From contig OX597825.1 in the NCBI GenBank assembly GCA_951406725.2, forward strand, positions 14,900,001 to 14,962,000: 62,000 nt of DNA, written 5' to 3'. Shown here piece by piece: positions 38,623-51,738 of this stretch. This stretch comes from Octopus vulgaris (Eukaryota). The number at the start of each line of letters is the position of its first letter. Positions within the stretch are counted from its first letter, which is position 1. The notes below the pieces were generated by a model. The model worked only from the letters and a program-made list of their open reading frames with translations. It was not told the origin of the DNA and ran no database searches. A program made the translations under genes and the position numbers.

Positions 38623-39339
38623 TGTTATGCTTAGTCCCATTGCATAAAGTAAGCTTTGGAAAGGGAAGTGAAAAATTAATTATTGTTAAATGTATTAACA
38701 GACTATATACATATTCCTGTATTCTAAACAATCCGCCATGGTAACATACACGAAAAAACATTTTAGCGAAGTCAAATATACTTTTGAAGGTCTATTTTGT
38801 CTCTATTTGAATTCTTTCATTAAGCAAGAGTGTGCATAGGATCTAAAATTCAGAGAGAAATTTATTTTGATAGTTTTATTATAAATGTGACTAATAAAAC
38901 AATCTAAAAATCCACTTTATTATGCTTATCGATGGTTCGTATAATGTATGTCGTTATTTTTTTCATTGTGCTGCACACACAAGTGACTATTCCGTTGAAT
39001 TATGTTTCAACAATCTAACTTCAAAATCTGTTTTTAGTCATATTTTATCATAACCATATTTTCCAAATCAAAAGAAAATCTACGAATATTTCATGCAGGA
39101 TTTAATGGTCTTGTTGGAAATGTAATCTTCAAATTTTAGGGGATATGCGCATGAAACAAAATCTTTTTACACTTTTTGCAAAATGTGTATCGCAGGTCTT
39201 CACTGTAGGCGCGAACGACAAAAATTATGACTGAATTAAAATGTTTGTGAAATGACTATAATTGCTATTACGGAGATGTACTTGCATAGCAAGTGATTTG
39301 ATCTTGAGATCGTGTACTGAAACGAAAACAATTCCTGCA

Positions 39340-39513
39340 TGGAAGGTGTTTGTAAGCCATTTAAGAAACATATAAAAGCCGTTCGATTCACTTCAACAGT
39401 TGAACAGGTCGCGGTCTTATAGCGACGAAAATATTTTGACAAATTAATCCTAAATGTTGAAGTGAATCGATCGTCTTTTGTGTGTTTCTTAAATGGCTTA
39501 CAAACACCTTCCA
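39340..39513. repeat. inverted repeat, 59-bp arms (4 mismatches), 56-nt spacer
   Basis: 39340-39398 tggaaggtgtttgtaagccatttaagaaacatataaaagccgttcgattcacttcaaca compared with the reverse complement of 39455-39513. The spacer contains gtcgc-N9-gcgac. Confidence 0.9.
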
Positions 39514-39559
39514 CACAGCAATTGTTATAAATGCTATACTTTGGCTTTATTATATAACT

Positions 39560-39775
39560 ATATAGATACTTGTTTCAGTCATTTGACCGCGGCCAGCTGG
39601 AGCACAGTTTTTAGTCCAGCAAATCGCCCCCAGGGTTTATTCTTTGTAAGCCTAGTACTTATTCTATCAGTTTCTTTTGTCGAACCCCTAAGTTACGGGA
39701 ACTTAAACACACCAGCATCCGTTGTCAAGCGATGTTTGGAGGACAAACTCAAATACACACACACACACATATATA
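39560..39775 (-). mobile_element. SINE family B, 3' part
   Basis: cttgtttcagtcatttgaccgcggcc...acaccagcatccgttgtcaagcgatg. Confidence 0.85.
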
Positions 39776-39884
39776 TATATATATGTATGTCTCATATATA
39801 AGAATATTATTTAAGCAACTGTATATATAAGTCACATTAAGTTTTAACTAGCTATAAACATTATTATATCACGACACTTTCACG

Positions 39885-40112
39885 AGGCAGGGGGCGGTGG
39901 TGAACCCTGCTGTACTTTTTCACCACAATTTTCTCTCACTCTTAATTTGTTTCTGTTGTACCTCTATTTCAAAGGACCAGGCTTGTCACACTCTGTGTCA
40001 CGTTGAATGTTCCCGAGAATTACGTTAAGGGTACACGTAAATTTGACGAGTAGGCTGCCCCTTTGAGTGGATCAACTGGAACCCTCGTCGTCGTAACCGA
40101 TGGAGTGCCCTC
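39885..40112 (+). mobile_element. interspersed repeat 3' fragment (unclassified)
   Basis: ttacgttaagggtacacg...ggatcaactggaaccctcgtcgtcgtaaccgatggagtgcc is recalled as a common octopus repeat end. Not otherwise classified. Confidence 0.45.
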
Positions 40113-40911
40113 ATATTTAAATGTGTTGCTATTATAGGTAAATAACTGAATTGTGGTCGACATATGTTAGCGTATAGATAGCGCTAGGATAATCAATAGT
40201 AATCAGATACGTCTGTTAATAATTTTAACTATATTGTAATTTAAGATATTCTGTGAAGCTCCTGTGAAGCCTTTTGATATGATAGTGTATTTAGCTAGTT
40301 AAAATTTAATGTGACTCGTATATACAGTTGCTTAAATGATATTCTTATATATAAGGCATACCAACAAACATTTACGTATGAATAGTTATAAATATATATC
40401 CATACGATAATGTAAAAGCCTTAGAGATCCGTTAGAGAATATTAAATCATAAAATCCATTACTTTTTCATGTAGAAGTTTTATAAATGTCACAAAAATAC
40501 CTACTTCGGGAGTATGTATATCCTTAATAATAATTCACTTCAAGAATTCACAGAAAATATAAATCAAAACTTTTTTTTACTCTATACTCAGCGTGTTTCT
40601 GATAATTCTATTGTGAAATATTTCCAGGAAGAAAGGGCTCTAATTTCGAGTGTGCAATGAATTTTTTCTATATTTCAAAGAATTCTATAGCCAAAATTAA
40701 TAAATAGATGAGTCCGATATCTAAAAGGATCCCCTACGTTGCAATATATTGAATCTAAGTAAATGTTTCAGGCTCTAATGAATAAATATTCCATAACCAA
40801 CATTATCTCTCTTTCGTTAACTTTGAAGTACTTTAACTTCTGTGGCTCGCTGCATTATTCATACGTAATACGTTTGCACATATATACACTTACACGCCCA
40901 AATATCACATA

Positions 40912-40960
<49 letters not shown>

Positions 40961-41109
40961 GCTGAACTCCAAAAGCATTAGGCTTTTATATCCTTCAAAC
41001 ATTCTTGTTAATTCTGATTTTCAATAGTTTTTCTTCCTTAAAAAACATCGTAGTAACTCACTCTGCTAGTGTATGAGCCTGGTCTTACACAGAAAAAACA
41101 TTTAAACAT

Positions 41110-41128
41110 TGCACAGACATACACACAA

Positions 41129-41210
<82 letters not shown>

Positions 41211-41270
41211 TATGTGTGTGTGTGTATGTATATATATGCACGTAAATATGTGCATGTATAAATATATATG

Positions 41271-41301
<31 letters not shown>

Positions 41302-41610
41302 GTATATATATATGTATATATATATATATATATAAATATATATATGTATAAATATATATATGTATAAATATATATATGTATAAATATATATATGTATAAA
41401 TATATATATGTATAAATATATATATGTATAAATATATATATGTATATATATATATATGTATAAATATATATATGTATATATATATATATGTATAAATATA
41501 TATATGTATATATATATATATATGTATAAATATATATATGTATATATATATATATATATAAATAAAATGAGATAGGGGTTGTAAATTCATGTTTCTCCAT
41601 TTTCTCATTT

Positions 41611-41652
<42 letters not shown>

Positions 41653-41660
41653 TATATACG
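41110..41660. repeat. (TA)-derived microsatellite with higher-order 16-bp unit tgtataaatatatata
   Basis: The 16-bp unit repeats consecutively over ~41345-41445 inside a TA tract. Confidence 0.9.
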
Positions 41661-41842
41661 TATGTATGTACACATCATTAAACAGTGACATTTAGTAATA
41701 CTTTAATTTTATTGTTTGGTATGAGATTTTGCAACAATGGGGAGATCGTTTTGTAATGGACACAAAGGAGATATTGAATATTGAATTCGAACTCAGTCTC
41801 TATAAATGACCGGAATATAATGTCTAATGTCTAATATATGTG

Positions 41843-41893
<51 letters not shown>

Positions 41894-42263
41894 CATATAT
41901 AGAGAGAGATTTATAGATATAGATATATGTATGTATGTGTGTATATATATATATATATGTATGCCATTCTTCAGTTATGTTTTAGGACTTCTTACCATTA
42001 AAGAAAGAGCCGGTTTCTAACCTAGATCCAAGGCACGTTCATTGGAATTTCAACATCAATAAGAGGGTATTTTCGCTTGTATGCATGTTTATGTGGAGGT
42101 TTGCATGTTTTCTTTTATGTATGTATTCTCATGCTTATAGTAGCATATCTTGGCATACTCATATATATTTAAATAATAAACTTCTGGAAAGTTTTACATA
42201 TTTTTAGAGTTCCAGTGATGGAACGGATCCGTAGGCCTTGAAATAGCTTTCTCCTTTCTGATA

Positions 42264-42294
<31 letters not shown>

Positions 42295-42317
42295 CCATAT
42301 ATATACATATACATACA

Positions 42318-42960
42318 GCGGTAAGAAGCTTGCTTCCCAACCAAAAGGTTCCGGGTTCAGTCCCATTGCGTTGCACCTTGGGCAAGTGTCTACACCTATA
42401 GCCTCGGCCGAGCAAAGCCTTGTGAGAGGATTCGGTTGACGGAAACTGAAAGAAGCCCGTCGTATATATGTGTATGTGTGTATGTGCGTGCCCGTGCTGC
42501 CGCGCGTTTGTGTCTGTCTGTATTTGTCCCTCTGTCGTCATCATTATTTCTTTACTACGCGCAAGGGGCTAAACACAGAGAAGACAAACAAGGACAGACA
42601 AACGGATTAAGTCGATTATATCGACCCCAGTGCGTAACTGGTACTTATTTAATCGACCCCGAAAGGATGAAAGAGCAAAGTCGACCTCGACGGAATTTGA
42701 ACTCACTACGCAGCGGCGGACGAAATACGACAAAGCATTTCGCCCGGCGCGCTAACGTTTCTGCTAGCTCGCAGCCATCACTTGACAACTGATGCACGTG
42801 AGTTTATACTCCCGTAACCTAGCGGTTCGGCAAAAGACGGATAGAAGAAGTGCTAGACTTACAAAGAACAAGTCCTGGGGATCATTTCCTCAACTAAAAC
42901 ACTTTAAAGCGGTGCTCCAGCGTGGATGGAATAGAATGACTGAAACAAGGAAATGAATTA
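42318..42960 (+). mobile_element. SINE family B interrupted by a family A insertion
   Basis: The 5' half (42318-42543) and 3' half (42776-42960) are colinear with family B once the insert is removed. Confidence 0.85.
42544..42775 (-). mobile_element. SINE family A nested in family B
   Basis: Full minus-strand copy. Short direct repeat catca at 42539-42543 and 42776-42780. Confidence 0.85.
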
Positions 42961-42981
42961 AAGGACAAAAAATATATACAT

Positions 42982-43040
<59 letters not shown>

Positions 43041-43099
43041 TACATACACACATACATACATGCATATATATATACATACATACACACATACATACATGC

Positions 43100-43156
<57 letters not shown>

Positions 43157-44697
43157 CATGCTCACTTTCAAACATATGTCCATATGTACGTGTGCGCGTG
43201 CCTGTGTGTTTATACAAGCGTATGAATATTTATGAGTATGTGTTCCTGTGTGCCTCCATGTGTGTGTATCCACTTAAGTGCACATGTATATTGTATATCC
43301 TTTTATGTGTACACACATAATATTGTATAAGTCAGACAGTATTTACTGCCATAGAAATCTCTGATACTGAGACTTCTGAAACGAATTTTATTAGCAATTC
43401 ATGCTTATCCATCTCATTGAAAAAAACGGCAGAATTAAAACATGAAACTTATCTCAACAACAAGAATGGGAACTTGAAACGCTCCAATCTTTCCAATGAC
43501 AACTCTAAAGCGAAAACTTTGAATATTTATAGTAAATTTTTGCAAGATGTTCCCATGAATAAATAAATGTAAATACATAGCAAATGAAATGCTTTCATAG
43601 ATGAGGTGCTGCCACAGAGAAATTCGGTAAATTCACTTGTATGTTGATTGATTCTAACCTCAATATCAATTCACATGTCAAATTAATGAAGTGTATTATT
43701 CGATGTGTACTTCAGAATTACAGACTGTTGCAGAGATCGTATGCTTTTCACTAGATTAGTTTTCTCTTAGTTGTTGTGTGGTATTTTCGCTTTGAGCATC
43801 TTTTCATTTAAGAGGATATTTAATATCGATGCATAGGTCAAGATGGCTTAGATATATCAAAGTGTCGATGAAGCATATCGTTAGCATAAAGTAATGAATT
43901 TTCATTGACACGACTTTCTATTATCCTTTTGGCGATAAATAACCAAACTAATTAATTTAGCACATCAAGAAGCTTTAGTCGTAAACTAGACGCGCTGATT
44001 ATGTGCCTAAAATATAGTTCTGGCGACAATAATAAGATCTCAAACACCGAAAGTAGTATCTTCCCACGAGTTATTAGTTATTAGAGTAATTTAATTTAAA
44101 TATGCTTATTTTGCTCTAAAACTGATACTAATTACAAAAAACTGTATTAATTACTAAGCAGTTCTCACTTCTCACTTTCTTCCTTGTTCTTGCTGTTGAT
44201 GACTGAATGATTAAATTTTCTAATTTATGAGGAAAGCAAGCCAAATCGATCTCTTACTCCGTCTCTGAAATGGACGGGATCATATAATTATACAAACGAA
44301 TCCAGTCAAATCAGTATGGCTATGAAAATTCCTACAAAACAGTCAATCATCATACTTTTCTTTCACTTGTTTTAGATTTCCATCTCCGCTGTTGAGAGCA
44401 AATATTTAATGTCAAACATTATAGTATGGAATTGTGGGGGTTTTCTGAGTAAGGGGCGTCCAATGTTCAATAGTAGAGCAATCGAGTTTTTTTTATTATA
44501 CGTCAGCAAAATTGTTAGCAACAAATTCAGCAGAGATCCCTCCTAGTGGTTTGTATTAAAATATGAATACGAGAATACTGTAACGGTATAGATTATGTTG
44601 TATTGGTACATGACCATAGCGAAAGGAAAACTTCGAGATTTGTGCAATATGTTGCTATTGAACAGCTGCTATGTACTTGGAAGGCAATTTCGATTTC

Positions 44698-45116
44698 GAG
44701 GACTTAATAAACGGCAAACTAAATAATATAATGTGCTTAATACAGAGACGCAAAATTTTAGCCAAATAAAACCGTGAAGTGTCTGTAAGGCAATAATCAA
44801 AACGGAGGTTATTTGAAATATGTTTTCACGTATTTTGGGAGATCTTTCATACAAAAACATCTAAAAGAAATGTTGCTAAATGTTATTAAAGTTTATTACG
44901 ATTAGGAGGACTTAATAAACGACAAACTAAATAATATAATGTGCTAAATCTAAATAATATAATGTATTTAATTTTAGCCAAATAAAACCGTGATGTGTGA
45001 CGGTAAGGCAATAATAACAACGTGGAATATTCAAAATATGTTGTCACGTATTTTGGGGATCATTCATACAAAACATCTAAGAGAAATGTTGCTAAATGTT
45101 ATTAAAGTTTATTACG
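44698..45116. repeat. tandem duplication, ~205-bp unit x2
   Basis: Both 44698-44900 and 44906-45116 run from gaggacttaataaac to gctaaatgttattaaagtttattacg, with substitutions and indels. Confidence 0.9.
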
Positions 45117-45605
45117 TAATTTTGAATCGTAATAGTAAATAGCTAACAGTAGCCTACTATGTACATTCGTACGGATTTAAAACTTTGATTAAAACCCTTA
45201 TATACGAAAATACATGACAAAAATATCTTCTCTTTGTATCAGATGAATGTTGGCTTAATTAGAAGCCACATAGAAATCAATGGAAGATTATTGTTAACAA
45301 CGTAAATTCATTATAATTAACCAGCTATTTATTTTTTATTTATTTATTCTAAACAAAATTTAAAGCAATCCTGTGAACCAAATGAACTGACTGAATTAGA
45401 GTTTCTACCATCAGTAAATGTTATTTTATAACGATACTTACATTAACTCTAACAAATTTATGCTATTCATTTCCAGAAATTTCTATACAATTCAAAATAC
45501 TAATTTATTTTTTTCAAACAAATTTCCACATGGTATGTAGAAGAATTTGTGTTACATTTTCACTCCAGTAAATCCAAAGCTATTTCTTATTACATTTAGC
45601 AAACC

Positions 45606-45663
<58 letters not shown>

Positions 45664-45874
45664 ATAGCTTTACAGAAATAATATGTATGCATATACGTGT
45701 AGGTGAAACTAGCTCTTAACAAACAGTTCGATATTACGTGCCGTGTTCGTCTAATGTTACGTAAATGTAACATACCACGTTTTAGAAGTTATTATATTGC
45801 TAGTATATTGCAAAGCATTACTTATACACATCTATTGTGTACAAATCGAGACATTGCAATCTCCTGTCTTTGTG

Positions 45875-46335
45875 ATACATATATCCATCTTTCCTTTAAC
45901 TTGAAAATACCCCATTCTCAGAATTGAGGTAGTTTAATGACAAAGAATTCATCAAGGTATCTTTTTACCTCATCCAAGGAATTGAAATTGTTACCATTAA
46001 TACTATTCTGCAGAGACCTGAATAAGTGGAAATCCGAAGGAGCAATATCTGGTGAATATGGAGGGTGGGTTAACACATCCCAGCCGAGCTGCAGCAATTT
46101 TTGCCTGGTTCCCAAAGTAACAAGTGCCGAAAATGAACTTTCTTATCTTCCATTTTATAGGGTTACAGAATTAACACAGGATATAAGAACATAAATCTTC
46201 TTTCACGAAAAGGTAGCTTAAACTGTGCTCTAAAGAGAGGTGTAGTCAAATCCTATTTTATGGCCTCAACCATGTTCTAAAATAAGTCGAAATGTAACCT
46301 ACTATAAATCGACACGAACTTTCCGGACAAACCAA
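45875..46335 (-). mobile_element. internally deleted mariner element (transposase C-terminus)
   Basis: 5' TIR at 46306-46335 plus TA. The start MEDKKVHFRHLLL is fused by a deletion to TRQKLLQLGWDVLTHPPYSPDIAPSDFHLFRSLQNS (mariner YSPDLAPxD motif). No 3' TIR was seen. Confidence 0.9.
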
Positions 46336-47259
46336 TAATTGTGATTTTTGAGTCGACTATTGATATATTCTGTGACAGTAGAAGAGAGAATAAACCTTTT
46401 CAATAGCGCAAACGTTTTCCTGTTTCATTTTCATAATTCACCTTCATAGCTACCATTTTATATATTATTCCTGTGAAAATTGCTTACGCATAATAGTTAC
46501 ATTTATTTGAGTGATGACAGTACCACTATTCATGTGATACAGAAAAACTTAAACTACCATGTAGCAACAATGGCATATATCCATGATGCAATTTGTCTGC
46601 AGAGAAATGTCGCAAAATTTCGTAGAAACACTTTCAAACAAAAGTTATATACTATTATTAAAAGCAGTTAAATGACTTAAATTTATTTTAGATAGTGAAT
46701 GAGACGAGACGAAGCTACGTCAGAGCAGAAACAAAAGAAAAAAGAAATTTGTCTAAGATACCCACAATTTTGACGACAATCAGATATTTAGCTAATTATA
46801 TCGGAGTGGTGGTCAAAATGGTTTTAAGATATTTTAAAATGAATTCGTGTTGACATCATTTCTAATTAAACAAATTAGCAAAACTTTAAAAAAAATTAAC
46901 GATAAAAAAAACACTTTATCATTGTAATAACGGCAGCAGTAATAGCAGAAGAAGCTGCAGCAAGATTAACAAGAACAAAAACAACCAACAATAAAAAGAG
47001 ACAAAACAAAAAAAATCAAGACATTCATCTTTGAAAATGATTCCATATGACAAATGGTAGTCTTCGTAATTCGTGTTTAATTGAGTTTACCATTCAGTAA
47101 TTATTAAAACTGCCACAAAAAAATAAATTAAATAAAACATTTCATTTCATATTTGTTTAGTTGTTGTTGGTTCTACTTCACATATTTTTTTCTTCATTTC
47201 ATTTTTAATCATTTCACTGATTTAGATAATTAATATTTTCCAGAATATTGTTTCCTCCT

Positions 47260-47432
47260 TCTGTTATAATAATAACAACAACAAAAATAATAGTGATAAA
47301 AATGATATTAATGATAATGATGATGACAATAATAATAATAATTTTAATAATTTTGATAATAATCTTAATAATCTTAACAATGATGATGGTGAGGATGATG
47401 ATGATGGTGACAGTAGCAATACTAGCAACATA
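47260..47432. repeat. (AAT)/(GAT) trinucleotide low-complexity tract
   Basis: Directly visible. Confidence 0.85.
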
Positions 47433-48049
47433 AAGAAATTAATATATCAGTAAATAAGTTAAAGAATAAATTACAAATTTATATAAATGTGTAAAGTAGT
47501 ACTTGACAAATGAATGTTGCAAAAGTTATACTCTTCACATATTTTTAGAAAGTAAGATTCAAGAATATATATGTACTTATATATATGCACGCATGCGTTT
47601 ATATTTACATATACATACTGATGAATACTTTTGGCAACACATATACTGCACACCCAAAACACAATCGGTTTATATGCATTTCCATTCATGACGAAGCGAA
47701 TTTTACACGAAGCCAAAAAATTTATAGAAAAGAATGGATTTTCTTTGTACTTATTTCTGAAGTAAACTATGGAACATCATATCCGTCAAATTTATTCAGA
47801 GACCACGAGAAAAATATTTCAAAGCTTCTTTGTTAAAATTGGAGCCTAGACGTATCCTTCATTCTTTAACACAGTAAAATAAATTCATATACATCTAGCT
47901 CCAAATGTTTAACTGTACGCAAGAGGAGGTATAAAGTGAAAGATTAACAACATTTTTTACTATATAACAGCAGGATATATCACATTTCAATAATATTTTA
48001 TGAGATATTTGATATATTTTTGTGCAACCTATACCATTCTCCAAGAGAG

Positions 48050-48751
48050 CTTATTTTTTTCGTAAACTGTATGTCTCATTAAACGCAAAGATATGATGAC
48101 TATAGAATCATTGAATCTTTAGCCAATTATGTAAAGTGTGGAAGTCATTTACCGTACTGCAATATTTTTTCCATTCATGAGGATTTAGCGCGTTTTATAC
48201 AATATCAGTTACATAAATATATAATTTCGGCCAAGGAATCGAAGGCTTATCAAAGTGTTTCATATATTCCAGCTTTTAATATGTGTTAAGCATACATAGA
48301 GAGAACAGCTGCACTCTGCTCCAAACATTTTAATTATGTAGAAGTATTAGTATAAGAAGCTTGAGTCTGTAAGAGAAAATGTGTTGCATAAAAAAAGAAA
48401 AGCAATTTAGCAATTCTACGAGGACACAAAATTATCCTTGTGTTTTAGCTCAACATGCAGAAGCAATTTCTTTATAGCCAGTAGAATATCTCGAAGGAAG
48501 GTTCTTTAAGATATGTTTCAAAGAAAGTTAATTCTAACAAAAATTTGCCAAGTCGTGCTCGGAGAAACTAATCTTCGAAAAAGTGTCATTTAGCTTCCAG
48601 GTATAGAAATGCATTCCAGAACAATTCCGAACTGCATGGTATCTTATCATTCCCTATATATATATATATATATATTCACCTTACCCTAATTAAATTATTC
48701 CAAATGACTTGAGATACTCGTTCTGCCTTTGTTTTTATTTTTCCTCTAATG

Positions 48752-48806
<55 letters not shown>

Positions 48807-49870
48807 CATAAGGATATATTGTTCTGCGATAGTCTCTTATGCTAAACGTGATCATTGAATATTTACAACATAAGAACTCCGCACATAAAAGATACATGAC
48901 CTCTGATGAACTCCCTCAACACACAATACGTGGCGTCATTCTTAAACGCCAGAATCTGCCGAGACTTCTGTGTCTAGACCAGTAATATGGGTTGTAATCG
49001 CGGGTCTATCGCCTTTTTCGTAAATAAATGTCATATATTTATGATCGTATTCAGAGAACCCAGAAACAAATGACTCAAACGGACTCGTCCTATGACGGTT
49101 TCAAATAGCTGCTTATATTCTGCTATAAACTTAAATATAACTCTACACATAAATTCGTTATATATATATATATATATATCAATTATGCTAGCTATTATTT
49201 TATGTGGAAGTTGTCTAATAGTTTTAGATAGCCTACATCATTTAACTCTCATCAGAGAGATGAAGTAAGATCAAAGCGTTAGTCGTGACAAAGGTAATAA
49301 AGCTTCCATTCGCCTCACATCTTTATTACAATGAACTCAATTATGCGAAAGCCTCTCAATGGTATTCGCAAAAATTGATAAAGATGTAGACTTTACAGAA
49401 TTTGCACATTTAGCGCCATTCCAGGTTTCAAGGAATAATTAATCCTAACTGCAATTCAGAAATATTCTTACAGCATGGATATTAACGAACTAAGCCTTCT
49501 ATGTTTAATACCGTCTGTTGATTGAAAGCCGTTTGTTGTTTACAGAGGATCATGAGATTGTAGGTAGTTGACTCTTATTCTGGTATGTTTGAAAATTTCC
49601 TAATGGATTTCTTTCATTGCTCGTATCACTTGAAATGATTACATACCTTAAAACCAAATGCGTGTTTAGAGTGGAATCAAAAAATACATTGTTTTCATAT
49701 TTGGCTTCCAATTGTGGCCTATGAGTAATTATGTGCTCACATATGTAATATATTGATGAAAGTTTGTAAACAGAAAATATATGCTGCTGTAATCTAAAAA
49801 CTCTGCAGATCGAAAGATGAGCTTGGAAATAAAATCGTGGTTTCTTTTCGTCTCTAAACGAAAAAGCCAA
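48050..49870 (-). mobile_element. degenerate hAT (SPIN/Buster/Charlie-like) transposase, interrupted
   Basis: Minus-strand LQQHIF..., VHCNKDVRRMEAL (HCxxHxEAL-like), MIRYHAVRNCSG (YHTEVRWLS-like), FSEHDLANFC and FLRDIL occur in the expected order. Broken by (TA)n tracts and unclassified sequence at ~48800-49150. Confidence 0.45.
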
Positions 49871-50650
49871 AAAAAAACCAAAAAACAATAAATGTGTGAG
49901 AAATTTGCAAAAATGTCCCCTTGCTAACCAAATATACAACACTCCTCTGTATGCATACAAACATACACACCCACTCACACATATATATTTATATACGTGT
50001 GTGTATGTGCGTGTGAAAATGGACGCTTATCATTCAGTCATGGCACTAGGTGGATATATGAAGATCAAAATTTAGTTTCTGGCGAGCAATGCTAGCATTC
50101 ATCACTAATTTGGTTCTCGACCAAACTAAATGCGGTTTTTTTATAGTAATGGCAGTTCAGTCTTCAGTCACAGTTTGAGATAAAATAATTGATGTTTGCT
50201 TCTTCAAATGTTAGGTCAAAATACCTGAGATGACAAATAGGAGATTAAGGCAAGAGAACTGATTTTGAACCAAAATACCTCGGTTATTTTTAAAAAAAAA
50301 ACAAGCATAGATTAATTGGATTTAAAAGAATATGCTCATTGAGATGAATGATTAGGAGAAAGTCGCATTAAAATGTATTAGGAAAAAGTTGTGTGGCTTA
50401 AGTGACAAAACAAAATTGTTAGTTAACCCTCCCCCTATCGATTTTCAATATTCCAGTTTTTGTTAAAGAGCTCTATGCAAATCATGTGATCAAATGAAAG
50501 GAATCTATGAGATGAATCTTTCGGGGAAAACCTCTCTCCTAGAAATAGTAGCTACAAAAAGAAGTGGTGTGTCTTTAAGTAACGAAGATAATGGTGATCA
50601 TCAACATATTTTTGTAATTTTAAGATATTTAGCACTACAAAAGATAGCGT

Positions 50651-50785
50651 CCGATGTAATGGGTCACTTAGTTTAATGGTGCAGCGCGCTCATCCGATGT
50701 TTGCAAGGTCCGTTGTTCGATATTCTATACCGGAAAAGGTGGTACCCGATGTTATGGATCACTTAGTTTAATGGTACAGCGCGCT
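50651..50785 (+). repeat. 40-bp direct repeat with tRNA-like A box
   Basis: ccgatgtaatgggtcacttagtttaatggtgcagcgcgct (50651-50690) and ccgatgttatggatcacttagtttaatggtacagcgcgct (50746-50785). A B-box-like gttcgata lies between them. Confidence 0.75.
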
Positions 50786-51499
50786 TGACCGGAGTTTGTT
50801 AAGAAATGTTAAGAAATGAAAATATTTTGCTATATCACTAAAAAGATAATAATACTCAAATGAAAGTCTTCAATCAGACATCGAGATATTTTTATGCCTT
50901 GTACATATAGAAGATTTTTTCTCTATAACAGTTATAGAGAAAACACTTTCTAAATGTATAAGGCATAAATACATTCATATTTTTTGCGATTTCTTATTAA
51001 TCTATATTAATTTGCTTTTGTATTAAGATATATATATACATATAAAAAACATTAAACTTCTATACAAAAATCACTCACTAAAAACGCTAATTATTAATTA
51101 ACGGTATTATATAACAAAAGTTGTGTTAAAATGTGTGTATTTGTTAATGATATGCTGCCATTAATCCTTTGCTACATTTATGTGCAAAATCAATTTGTAG
51201 ATTTCAACAAAATCTGTATTTAGAAACATCATTTTTTTTTCAATTATAAAAGTAAATGTAAATAATTATCATAATAGAAACACTGCCGCCTGGATAAAAA
51301 TGGATAAATGCGGGAGCAGAATCCTAGAATACTCTTAAGTGCTGAACCTAAAAAATTTCAGATCAAACAGTAACTTATGCCAGGACACGAAGAAAGTTCA
51401 CTACTTGAAAATATTCTACGATTCTTCGCCCTCATTTTTCATTCTAGTTTTATTTATATATGTTTTGTATGTATTTGTATACATAAATAAATAAATGCG

Positions 51500-51738
51500 C
51501 CCTTTTTAAAGTCTAGCCAGATTCATGGGCCCGGTTTCCCATTTTCAACGGTGTTACTCAGCTGGACGGGACGCCAGTCCATCGCAGTGTTACCCATTTT
51601 TGCCAGCTGAGTGGACTGGAGGAACTTGAAATAAATTGTTTTGCTCAAGAACACAACGCGTCGCCCCGCCCAGGAATCAAAACCACAATCTTACGATCAT
51701 GATGCTGACACCCTAACCACTATGCCACGCGCCTCCAC
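51500..51738 (-). mobile_element. SINE family C
   Basis: Minus strand gtggaggcgcgtggcatagtggttagg...gttgtgttcttgagcaaaac...ctgcgatggactggcgtcccgtccag, with an (AATA)n-adjacent 3' end. Confidence 0.88.

Noticed and set aside
50661-50745. Functional tRNA gene
   Set aside because: The acceptor and T stems do not pair canonically. Kept only as a tRNA-like remnant.
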